NCBI GenBank assembly: GCA_964270895.1 | Contig: OZ185435.1 | Length of the DNA stretch: 64,000 nt | Source: Podarcis filfolensis | Lineage: Eukaryota | Strand: one strand, 5' to 3' | Shown here: positions 23,093-34,900 of the stretch, in pieces | Numbering within the stretch: position 1 is the stretch's first letter | Layout: each line of letters starts with the position of its first letter | Position numbers and translations under genes: made by a program | Notes under the pieces: model-generated | Told to the model about the DNA's origin: nothing | Database searches by the model: none | The model's input: only the letters and a program-made list of their open reading frames with translations

Positions 23093-26039
23093 CCTTAGAC
23101 GCTTGTAAAAATGGTGTCACCCATACAAAATTTTTCAGATGGCCCTGTAGCAGCATTAAAAAAAAGATCCGTCGCTAAGACACACACTGAACCTCGTTCT
23201 ACAAAAACCTGTGGAGAGGGGGAAGGGAGACCATTTTTTAAAGGGGGAGATGCCCTAAAAGGGAAAAGATATCCTGATCTAGGTGAGTAGGAGAGATCTG
23301 TCCTGTAATGCAACATGCCAGGTACAAACAAGTCTGTTTAATACCAAACAGAAGGTGTGTTGGTTTGCAACAAACCAACTGACTCAGTGATATCTCAGCA
23401 TCTTATAAACTGACACATAGTGAGTCACTCCCCAAGCCTGCACCTGTCATGCCTTCTCTTCCCATAATGCAGGAGCAGGGAACTTTTATGAGTCTGAGAG
23501 CCTGATTACCTGGATTGGAAAGTTCTTCGGGGCTGCATTTCAGTAGCAGGTGAGGCCAGACTTCACACAGACACACACCAGAAACGTAATACATTAAACA
23601 CAGATGCACACAATAACACACACTGTAACACCAACAGGGGAGCCCTTTTCTCAGTTCACAGGGTGGAATTAAAGCTAGCTCATGATCCAAGCTGAACCCT
23701 GCATAGCAATGTTGATCCACTGCCTTGGCAGTAGATCAAATCAAAACAGATGTGTCAAATGTCCACTCCTGTACATAATTCATATATCTGAGTACTGTTT
23801 AATTGTGTAATGGCAATCTTAATATTGGCCTTTTCCACTAAATACCCAAAAAAATTTCTAAAAGCTAGAACTGTCAATTTAAAAGTCTGCTCCTACCACA
23901 CCTCTCTGTCTTTAAGGCTACAATTAACAGGTTCACACTACACACCACACAGATTGTCACAATCTAAACTCAAGGGCAGCAAATTGCATGTTATGTTGTA
24001 TTTTTATACTACAACAGAAGTTTTATTAAGTTTAAAGTATTGCAGAAATGTCCAGTTTCTTAATTGTACATAATCAATCTATCTCTACACAAAACAATAA
24101 TTATCTCCAAAAAGAGCACAAAATTTTAAATAAAGAATTATTGCCGCACTTTGTCGATAAAAGCACCCAGTTGGTAAAATGCTAAAAACTTTCCAATGGA
24201 CAATGAGAGCCTGCAAGGGAGAGGTAAAATGTCTATCTTGGCTGAGTCCACCTTAAAAACCAGATCAGTTTATTCAAGATGAACAGGTTTCTTGGTGAAA
24301 ATTTCCAGTAACTGTTTTGCCTGTGGGTAAGCCAACCTGTTTCAGGGAGGAAATCTTTTCGGAGGAAATATTTTTTTACCTACATGTATCTTTAGGAATG
24401 AGACACAAATATCTAGGCCGATACAAAGCTTGGCAGCAAACTCTGTGGAAATAATAAACGTGTTTGCAAGATTTGTTTGACCAGTTGTGATTCCCAAGAT
24501 AGCTGCCCAAAAAACTGGGAATACTTCAGAAACTGAAGATTGCAACTATTCATAGTCATTGTATCTACAGTGTGGTAATAAGCTCTATTGAACACAATGG
24601 GGCTGTTAGGCTGCAATTCTATGCACATTTACTGGCAGTCTTTCTCATGGTTCCAGGAATTTTGTCCAGTCCTATATATGTCCTATCACAGATTGAACCT
24701 AGAATCTTCTGCACAGAAATCCAAATTGTCTTACAGCGTGCATTAATTTCCAAGAAACACAACTTAAATTAATGTCATGTCTATAGTCAATGCCGTTTTC
24801 TCCAAAATGATGGAGGCCAGTTCATACTATTATGTATAGCAGAAAAATCCTGATAGCTGGGTCAGCTGTACTATTGGGCAGTGTGAGGTAGCTGCCTCAG
24901 GCAGTAAATGCTGAGGGAGCAGTGATGTCCCATCGGCAGTGTTGAACTAAGATGCAGCTACCAGTCTCACTGGTTTCTGTACATAAAATGGCTGGGGGTG
25001 CCATCTTGTCCTCTGTCTCAGACAGCAAAATGTATTGGGCTGGTCCTGCCTACAGATTTAAGATTTCTGGACTGTGGTGGTTTAAAAATTCAAGAATGTC
25101 TTGAAACCTGCAATATACAAGGATCCAGAGTGACTTGGTTGTACATCTGGAACCAGATAGTACACTGTAATCTCCTAAAGCTTTGCAGTTTATTCCTGGC
25201 TGCTAAAACTTTATGAGTAGGATAGTTCTCTGTTTCACTCTCACAGAGGTCAGCGTCACAACAATTTGAAAGTTATGACTGTGGCCCAACTTGTTTTTCA
25301 AATCTGTGAAAAAAGGAACACTATATTCCAATACCTTTCTCATTGTTTGCCTCCTCTTCTGAAAACATCCGGAGAGAAAAATTAAGCCATCACAATACAA
25401 ATTTATCACTTTGTATTCATATTTATGTGGTTTCATGTTATGAAATGAGTTTTCTTTCTACTACAGTATCTGCACAAAGTTTTGCTGCTGTTTTGATTTC
25501 CCCCCAATAAACACAGTGCATTTATTACATGATTTCCCAGACAATATGGTCAGTTTTTGTTTTAAATCAAAGTGACTCCACCATGCAAGATGGGGGACCA
25601 GAAAAAGCTTGAGTTGATAGGCAGGCAGCCACCCACCCACGCACCCACTATACACCCTGCTCCTCTCCACCTCTGTATATCATCCTCCAGAGATGAGGCC
25701 AGAGTACAAGATGGTTAACTCATTTTCTCCCCCTAACAAAGCTGAGATAGGTTTATAGAACGTGATGATTAGCCCAAGGTTAGGGATTCAAAACAAAGTG
25801 TAAGTGTCCATTGTCTGATCCAGACATTCTGCTCAACTACTGTGTAAACAGAGGCCTGAAAGGACACAAGGCTGATTAGTTTGCATACTTTGTTCAGAGA
25901 TCTCTCTGCAGTAGTTGCCATCTCTTGTTTCTCTCCACTTGCAAAGCTCCTGTACCTTCCAAAGCTGCACGAATAATACACCAACCTTATATTAAACAAA
26001 TGCAGTTCACCCGCTTTGGAAATACAGCGTATACAAAAG

Positions 26040-27020
26040 GGAAAGCTTGACCTGCTGAGCATCTGCCTGAAATGCAACTGAGGCGTTCCCGCCCCAGAGG
26101 CCGCGCCAAGGCAAACCCTACCAACCCTGTGAAAAGGAGATGCCGAGAGCCGTGCTGCGGAAAGACCAGCTCCTTCATCCTCAAGATGAGGGGAAAGGTG
26201 GTACTCTGCACATGCTCAGAGACAATGACATTCATTCACAGACCTCAGGACTGAACCCTCACCTTCCTAAATTTAGGGGTCTCCAGGGGACCCTGAGCGC
26301 TAAGCCGGAGAAAGCCCGCCCCCCAGCCTCCAGCTCCCCCACCTCTCGCGCCAAACTTCTCCGAGTGAGCGCCCAGCTTCACCCCCCCGCCCGCGCCAAC
26401 CCCACCCGCTTTCCCTAACCGAGAAACATCGCCGATTGGCTGGGGCGCAAGAGCCTCCGCGCTCCAATTGGCTGAGGGGGCTCGCCTCCTCCGCGCTCCT
26501 TTCCACGCCCACCTTCTCCGCCCTCCGCGGCCAAATTCAAATCGCTGACACGGGCGGACCAGCAGCTTTCAGCCTAGCGAGGGAGAGGATGGCGCGTGTT
26601 TCGTCTGAACGGCGACCGCCCTGCCGCGCCCGAGATTCCCCCTAAGTGAGGACGAAAGTGAGGGGGGAGCTCACACACACACACAAAAAAAGGTAGGTGA
26701 GGGCGGGGCGGGGATTATTCAGCTCGCGGGGTTGGTGGCGCCAAACGATTTAAACTGGATCAGGGCAGGTCTCCGCCCCGCTCCCACCAAGAGCCAATCA
26801 GAGGCGCCATGCGCCCGAAGGGTGGGAGGAGCTTATCCCGAACGAAAGAGCGCGGGTGGAATCCCGGGGCTGGAAGGAGGGGAAAGTTGAAGTGGAGGAG
26901 GAAGGGGGGCGGTGAGTGACTGGCAGAGAAGGAGCTGTAGCAGAAGCAGAGGAGACCTGGGGGGCGTGCTTGAGAAAGTAGCCCGCAAAAAGGTGATTTT
27001 AAATGGTGGGCGTTTTGGGG
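26040..27020. promoter_or_regulatory. CpG-island promoter of E2F8, including non-coding first exon(s)
   Basis: Abrupt GC/CpG enrichment. E2F sites TTTGGCGC (minus strand, 26348-26355 and 26738-26745), CCAAT boxes (about 26435, 26464, 26793), GC boxes (about 26701-26713), CHR-like TTTGAA/TTTAAA. Candidate + strand donors AAG|gtaggt (26693) and GCG|gtgagt (26912). Confidence 0.85.
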
Positions 27021-27941
27021 GGTGTTGGCAATAAGGTTTGGGTTGTACCAGCGGGATCCTTTTTATTTATTTATTTTAAAAAGTGCTGCGTAATGGTTAA
27101 ACCGTGCTTGCTGAAGTCAGTAACCTTGACGATATTAAACTCAAATCTGATTGCCTTGTACTTTGACAGATGCACCATTCTTTGGTGGTATCTGATTAAG
27201 GAGCCTCTATCCTGTGAAAGTGTGATAAGCTTTGTACATTTTTATGGTATCTTGGGGCTCTTTGCTTCGCTTTTGCTACAACCGGCTTCTGCTTCTGTGA
27301 TTTGTAACAAATAGCAATGAATTGGACCTTGGAGGTAGCACAGGGCACACTTGCCAGATTCAGTTCCTCCAACAACCATGATAGCTGCTGTACCACTGGG
27401 GAGAATATCATTGCTGCATAAATATATATATGTATATGTAAATGTATTTCAGAGAAAGTGAAATGGTGCCGTTTTCCCTTTCAACAGACACAACTATCCA
27501 GTGCTGTTTCTTTTAAAGTACTGGTGCTTTATTTCATAATATCACAGGCCTGCAAGTTAAAAAAATATATATAATTATGTATTTCACAACACAGGTGCCC
27601 CACAAAACATGTACCTTTGCTCCACAGTACTTTAAAAAAATGTCTGGGAACTGCTGGGACTGGGAAAAGAAAGCCACTCAGCTTGATAAACTAGTGGCAG
27701 TCCTTGATATGTTTTCCAGAGAAGGAAGGCTCACCTTTGAACGGGATTAGGGGGTGGGTTGTATTCTGGATGACATACACTGCAGTCATCAAAACACTAA
27801 AGATATGTGCAGACTGGCAGCCTTGGAGTCAATCTGCTGTGGCTGCAAGAAGGTGGTGATGTGCTGCCTACCATGTTGTGTAATCTGTGGTTATCCATTC
27901 TGCCAGTAAATGGTGCGAACAGCCTGCTAAACAGATATTTA

Positions 27942-28075
27942 CCAGTGTTTGCCAGTCTGGTGCACCCTAGATGTTTTGGGCTACAACGCCTAGCTGTTCC
28001 TGCCTGAATGCCAGTGGGGGCTGGTGGAAGTTGTAGTCCAAAACATCTAGGGTGCACCAGATTTGTGAAGGTTGG
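27942..28075. mobile_element. Palindromic MITE in E2F8 intron 1
   Basis: 31-bp inverted arms at 27957-27987 and 28030-28060 (1 mismatch), same agatgttttgg(g)actacaa family as 22957. Confidence 0.75.
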
Positions 28076-28594
28076 TACAGACCTTCCTACAACCAGTTTG
28101 GGCAGAAGTCTCATGCTGCAGTTTCTGATCATCAGCCTTTATTAAATATTTTTCTTTATTGTTTTTATGTAATAATGCTGATTTGGCAACTTCACAATCA
28201 CCAACTTGACTGAAGCAAGAAACCTGAAACAGGATTAAACAAAACTAGTGCAAATCTAGACACATGCATCAGCAAATTGCACCAGTCCCCTTCGTGTAAA
28301 GACATGTGACCGTAGGAAGACAAATTTAGCAATATGAGAATAAGACTCATGTAGACGCATTCTTAACAATGGAGTTGGGAAATCTTTTTATAACCCTGCA
28401 ATCCTAAGCATGCTGCCTATGGAGTAAGTCCACCTAAACTTAGTTGGCCTTCTGAATATAGGTGCTTACTGCTGTGTGGCACATTTGTCATCTGAATGAA
28501 TGGCCAGAGTTCTCATTCTAGAGGTCTTGCACCAGTATTCCCACATCAAATTTGTTTCAGCATCTCTGGTAAAATGATGTCATCATCACCCCAC

Positions 28595-28775
28595 CTTTCC
28601 TCCATGGAGATTAAGGTGACATACATGGCTCGCCCCCTCCCCATTTTTTCGCCACAACAACCTGTGAGGTAGGCTAGGCTTAGAGAGTGTCCTGAGGTCA
28701 CCTAGAAAGCTAACTGGCTCAGTGTGGACTTGAACTCTGTTTTCTAAATCCTAAGTCCAACACTGGTCACTGTAC
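28595..28775 (-). mobile_element. Old MIR-like SINE
   Basis: ccacaacaacctgtgaggtaggctaggc…gaggtcacctag…ggacttgaactc. Confidence 0.55.
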
Positions 28776-28922
28776 CATCACAGACTTCCATCTACCAGTA
28801 TTCTGTTTTTTGTTTTGTTAAGTGCATATATATAAACTAATTTTCCTTTTTTATTCTTCTCAAAGAATGCTGTAAAGGTTGCCCAACCAACAAAGCCCTT
28901 ATTCTATTTAATTCAAACGAAT

Positions 28923-28970
28923 ATGAATAAGAGAAAAGCTTGCAGTGGCAAAATGAATGCTGAAGACAAG
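28923..28970 (+). CDS. E2F8: E2F8 first coding exon ([16 protein letters not shown]); the exon itself starts at 28866
   Basis: Acceptor ttttattcttctcaaag|28866, donor AAG|gtaacc. Two in-frame ATGs (28923, 28953); which one is used is uncertain. Confidence 0.8.
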
Positions 28971-31900
28971 GTAACCTATCTCCCACTTTATCTACCGTAT
29001 AGCAAGTATTGGCTAGAGGTTGCTGCTCATTGGACTGTGGATGACAAAGCTCTAAAATAAAGTTAAGAATTGCAAATTACATATGAGCAGCCATCACTAC
29101 GCTTGGCATCTTCTGTTTGTTGTTTGGTTTAACAATCTGGTTTTACTTCAGTCTTGATAAAGAACTGGACCTGAAGAATAGTTACCTTCACTAACATTTA
29201 GTCATTTTGTTCTCTGCATCTGTACAGAGACAAGTCACTTGTGAAGCTATTATCGAAGGAAGTTCCAGACCCAGCAATGGGTAGAAACAAAACCCCATCA
29301 GTTTAACTCATTGTATTTTATCAGCATTAAAAATGGCTACTCCTTTGACTTTGAAATTAGCTGGCCAAAAAATGTTATTCCTAACTTAAGTTTTCTTCAT
29401 ATAATTCTCATGTTCACTAGTTAAATGAGTCTCCTGGTATAAGCCACTGTGAGAAGAGAATGCTGGTTTAGATAGGCGCTTGATTTTATCCACAGGCCTG
29501 CTGTTACGTTCTTCAGCTATTTTTTTCTCCCTTTATCAGGAACTTGTTTACACTTTTTGCTTTGTTAGCAAATATAAAATAGACAACAAAACTTAATTAT
29601 GTTTTGACACCATCCAATTTTGTCCCCAACATTCTGTCATGTAGAAATGCATGATGTTGTATATCAAAACACAGGTAAATTGTACACATTATGCGGGGTA
29701 AGGGTTTGGCTGCAGCCTTCTTTTACTGCAGCATGTATTTCTGCCCTAAAGCAAAACAATCAAGACTGACTGAAATACATAGGAAGTCTGATAAAATCCC
29801 CTAGGAACTAAACAGGTGAAAGTTTTGACACAATGGTTTTCAACTAGTGGTATACTGCAGCCTGATCGAAGATGGGTCACAACTACCACCATAAAAATAC
29901 ATGGCAAAATGTAAAGGAATGTGTCCTTTACATGTTTGGGCTAAAGGTGGGTCCCAGGTCTGAAAACATTGCAGACTACTGTTTTGACAACAGGCACTTG
30001 ATTGATTTCAACATGACATTCGTTGGTTTATTGATTAAAAACAGCTTTGTTTTCATATTGCTTTTATGCCTGGCATTGCTGATCTCGAGTCACACAGTTT
30101 CATTTCTTTTTGGCTCAGGAAAATTGGTCTTTTGAACCACATGAAAGCACATTGAAAACTCCTCTGAAACAGGCAGCGACCTCCAACTGGCTTTTGGCAG
30201 AGAAGCCGCCTCCTGCTTCTGGCCATCTGACAACGCCACCCAAGCCTAATGAAATCTCTCCTGGAGACCCATGGACACCGACGGCTAACCTGAAAATGCT
30301 AATCAGCGCAGCTAGTCCTGAGATTAGAAATCGAGAACAGGAAAAAAGATTGTCAGACAGCAGAAATGAAATCCCTGAGGTAAAACATTTGTCTTCTTAT
30401 CGCTATAAATATTATGGAGTGCTGTACTCAAAGCTTAAGTATGCACTTGAAAAGTAGCTCAGCTTTGGTTTGTTTCAGTATTTTGTGCTAGACCTCAAAT
30501 CTGGAGTGTTAGTTATTTTTAGAGATTATAGTCTGTGCATAGCAGAAGCTTCAGGGCAACTCTATTATTTTGAGGCTCACCAGCTGTCACCAAGAAGGCA
30601 CTTGGCATTGCGCATTGGCCAGAAATGCTGTTACTAAATCTGTCGAATCTTAATATTTTTCGTGTAAGGCGTTACCAATTGGTGTTTCTGCATTGTTTTC
30701 TTTCCGCAGGACCATTTGTCAGGAGACGAATATGAAAAATCTCAACCCAGCCGTAAAGAGAAAAGTCTAGGGTTGCTTTGTCACAAATTTTTAGCTCGCT
30801 ATCCTAGTTATCCCGACATCTCTAAGAACAATGAAATTTGCCTTGATGAAGTAGCAGAAGAGCTTAGTAAGTTTGGGACTAAGATCCGGTGTTTATTACT
30901 GGAAAAAGCAAAACTCACTTCACGCTGTTCAAAATGATAAGCGATTGATTAGAGTCTTGGTAATTCTTATAAACAACTTTATAATGTGGTTCAGTATCCT
31001 TAATAATAGCTGTCAACATTTCCCTTTTTTAAGGGAAATTCCCTTATTCCGAATAGGATTCCTCGCAAGAAAAGGGAAAAGTTGACAGCTATGATCCTTA
31101 TACTCTCACTGTAGCTGATACTAATAGGTTATTACATTAATAACTACAGTTTTTATTTATTTACTAAATTTATATACTGTCCTTCATCCAAAGATCAAAG
31201 GGCAGGTTTTATACTGTATTTTGACAAGACACATAACATGATACCCTCCCCACCCACCCCAAATACCCCCATCACATTTTAAAAGCCACAGATTGTTTAA
31301 GCAGCCCAAGGCCTGGGAGAAGGAAAATGTTTTTGCCTGGCACCTAAAGATATATAACGAAGGTGCCAGGCGAGCCTCCCTGGGGAAAGCATTCCACAAC
31401 TGGGGAGCCACTGCAGAAAAGGCCCATTCTTGTGTTGCTTCCCTCTGGACCTCTCATGGAGAGGGCATATGGAGAAGGGCCTCAGATGATGAGTGCAAGG
31501 TCTGGGTTGGTTCATATTGAGAAAGGCGGCCCTTGAGGTATTGCGGTCCTGAGCCATTCAAGGCTTTATAGGTCAAACCAACAATTGGGCCTGGAAAGTT
31601 ACAGATCAAAACCAACACTTTGAATTGGGCCTGGAAAGTAATTGGCAGTCAGTCCAGGGCTGGTGTTACATGCTCAAACCATCTTGCCCCAGTGGGCAAC
31701 CTGGCCATTGAATTCTGCACCTACTGAAGTTTCCAAAGAGTCTTCAGAGGCAGCCCCATATATTGCAGTAATCTAACATAGAGGTTACAAGGGCATAGAA
31801 AACAGAAATTAGGCTATCCCTGCCCAGATATGGAGGCAGCTGGGCTGCCAGCTGAAGGTCATCATACAGGTCCTTACAGCAACCTTACAGCTCCTTACAG

Positions 31901-34900
31901 CAACCAGGAATTTGGAACGGGGCATGTTATAGCGAGGCAGACTATGTGGAAAGAGCACAGTCTTCAATTTTCCAGTCCTCCGGTTTTCACGGGGAAGGAA
32001 GATATAATCATGAGGGTCTACCCACCTTCCAGAATGTGACAGGATTAAAAAGCAGGTGGAAAATAAATTTTTAAAAATTGCCCTTCTTACAGATGTTGAA
32101 CGCAGGCGCATCTATGACATAATGAATGTACTGGAAAGTCTTCACATGGTGAGCCGACTTGCCAAAAACAGGTATTCTTGGCATGGGTGTCATAATCTTA
32201 AGAAAACACTACAGATTTTGAAAAAAGTGGCTGAGGAGAACAACTATAGTCAGCAAGTTGAGCTGATTAAAAGAAGACAATATGAAGAAGAGCCTGAAGG
32301 GGATGACCAGAAGGTTCAGTTGATGGCAAAGCATGTTAGGCCAAATGACCATACAGACATCTGCTTTGTGGAACTTCCTGGGATGGAGTTTCGAGCAGGT
32401 ACATCTTTGCTTTCTAATTTTGGCATGCCAGTATCTTCTACGATTTGAATTTGGTTGGTTCCAAATGCTTGCATCTGGGGCAATGTTTAATTAATTAGTT
32501 GGATTAATTTGTTTTTAACTCTCCTTATGATTGGCTTGTATAGTACCCTGACTGGGCAGCAAATCATTTTTTCTTTAGAAAGACAGCATATAAATCCTTT
32601 AAATAAACAAATGGAATCTGCATGGAAACATTTATTGGGGGGAGTGGGTGAACCCAAAGCCTAGGCGAGTTAGGAACAATGATTTCAAAGCTATCATGAC
32701 TTGGATTATATTCTGCCATGGTTATCTCTCCGTACAGCTTCAGTAAACAGTCGTAAAGACAAGTCTTTACGGGTGATGAGTCAGAAATTTGTGATGCTGT
32801 TTCTTGTTTCAACCCCCCAAGTTGTGAATCTTGAAGTCGCTGCTAAAATTTTGATTGGTGAAGACCATGTTGAGTATTTGGATAAAAGCAAGTTTAAAAG
32901 TAAGTGGCAGAAATGGCTATTTACATATCTTCTCTATACTGTGCTTGGCCTAAGTGTCTTAATTTTTACGTATTTAAACACTTTTTCCTGTAGCCCATCA
33001 ATACAAGACTAAAAATATGAAAAAATTAAGATAGCATACTGAGAATGTAGGTGTTTTGCAGCTTAGTCTGCCCTTAGTACAAATGTTCCCAGGTGGGTTT
33101 AGACATTAGCTCTTAATGGCCAGGTTTGGCCCAGTGGTGGCCCATGAAACTGATTTATTAGAATAAACTCAAATAATGTGTCCCCATGTTCCCTCCTCAC
33201 TCCTCCCCTTTCCTCATCTTTGAAGATATCATGATTTCTTAAATTACAGTTTCCTATGATGTCCATACTGGGAGGCTGTGGTTTAAGAACCAGGGTATCT
33301 AACAAGCCAGGCACACAAAAGTAGGACTGAATGCACAAGCACACAACTTTTGGTTCAGTAAACTGGTTGATTGGACCGAGATAGTGACTCCTGAACCCGA
33401 CCAGTATATGATGTTGGCTGCCTCATAATTTGTGGACAGGCTGTCATTTCTTAACTGGCTAGGCAAGTCATGAATGAGCCCAGCCTCCTCTACCTGCTCC
33501 TATCCTCCTGCACAGCCAGGAAAAATTTGGGAGCCTTCACTTCCACTCGGTTAACTGCAGTTTATTGTGTTATACAAACTGATAAGCTGTGCGTTATATC
33601 AACTATGGTTAGTTTGAAACAGAAATGTGTAACATTGGCAAATGGTCAGGGATACAGAGTTGTTCAACACTGGAGGGCCACAGGTTCCCCATCTCTTGTT
33701 TGAAACAAGCCAATGGCCTGCAGCGGTTTAACCATAGCTACAGTTCTGTGTTCAGATGAGACAGCAAACTGCAGCTAAGTTAAAGCTTGTGGATGTGGGA
33801 AAGATTACTCTTTTCTCATCCAGCCTCCATCTAACAAAGCAAGGTGTCTGTTGAGAATGTCCTTCAGTGGGGACACAGTTCTTTGGGCACCTACCAAATG
33901 TAATTTTCCACAGTTTCCTAAACCCCACCCTTTTGTCATCCACACAAGTTCATTTAAAAATATTGAGCATATGGCTTGACGAAGGGACCAAAAATTAACC
34001 AACCTATTTGTGTACTCCTGTCTTGTAGATCCTTGGAACATAAATGACCCTGTTGCTTTTGTTTTGTAAGTTTAAAGCACCATTTGGATGAATAGGAGAA
34101 GGCGGCTGATGTTTTCATAGTACTGAACCTCTGCTTAATGGTGATGTAGTAGTACTGCATTTTCATTAGTCTTTTTAACTTATTTCAGCTAAAATTCGAA
34201 GGCTGTATGATATTGCAAATGTTCTCAGTAGCCTTGAGCTCATCAGGAAGGTTCACATTACAGAAGAGAAGGGTCGCAAACCAGCATTTAAATGGACAGG
34301 ACCAGATGTTTTTTCAGAGATTCTGGGTAGGTGGACTCTTACTTCTGTACTCTAGAATTGCAGGCAATTCCCTGTTTCCTTAGGGGTTTTGTTCCAGGTC
34401 AAAGCATGCATTGGCAGAATGTGCGTAAGTGTGCCCTGTTATGCTACTATTCCTCCCTCTTCCGGGGTCCAAAAGGACCTGCATGTTGGTGGTTACATGT
34501 CAGTGGTTGCATGTCAATTGGACTCACCTAAAATGGCCGCCGCCTGTAATTGTAATGGTGAAGCTTTCTTATCCACTGCTCCTTGCTGCTACCAACCAAA
34601 GAAGGCTTTTTGTGAAAGGCATTTTTCACTTATATGTAGATGTGATCGTTTCCCAAAAGTTCTGTCAAAACAAAGGCTTAATAACAATTTTGTGTGCGAT
34701 TGATTTATAGCTGCACAGCCTGTATCTACACCCACTGCGACTGCTTCATCTCATCCTGCGGAAAGGAAGTCTTCCAAAGAGCATTGTTCCAAGAACCTAT
34801 TCCCTACGAGAAGCAAGCAAGGCTTCATACGGCACCCATCTTTAATGAAATTGGCAAAGGGTGCACAAAGCAATCAGAGGAAAATTAGATCTGCTCCAAG

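Noticed and set aside
24878-24895. TGAGGTAG (let-7-like 5' end) in a short stem
   Set aside because: Only 8 nt match; there is no let-7 body or precursor-length hairpin.
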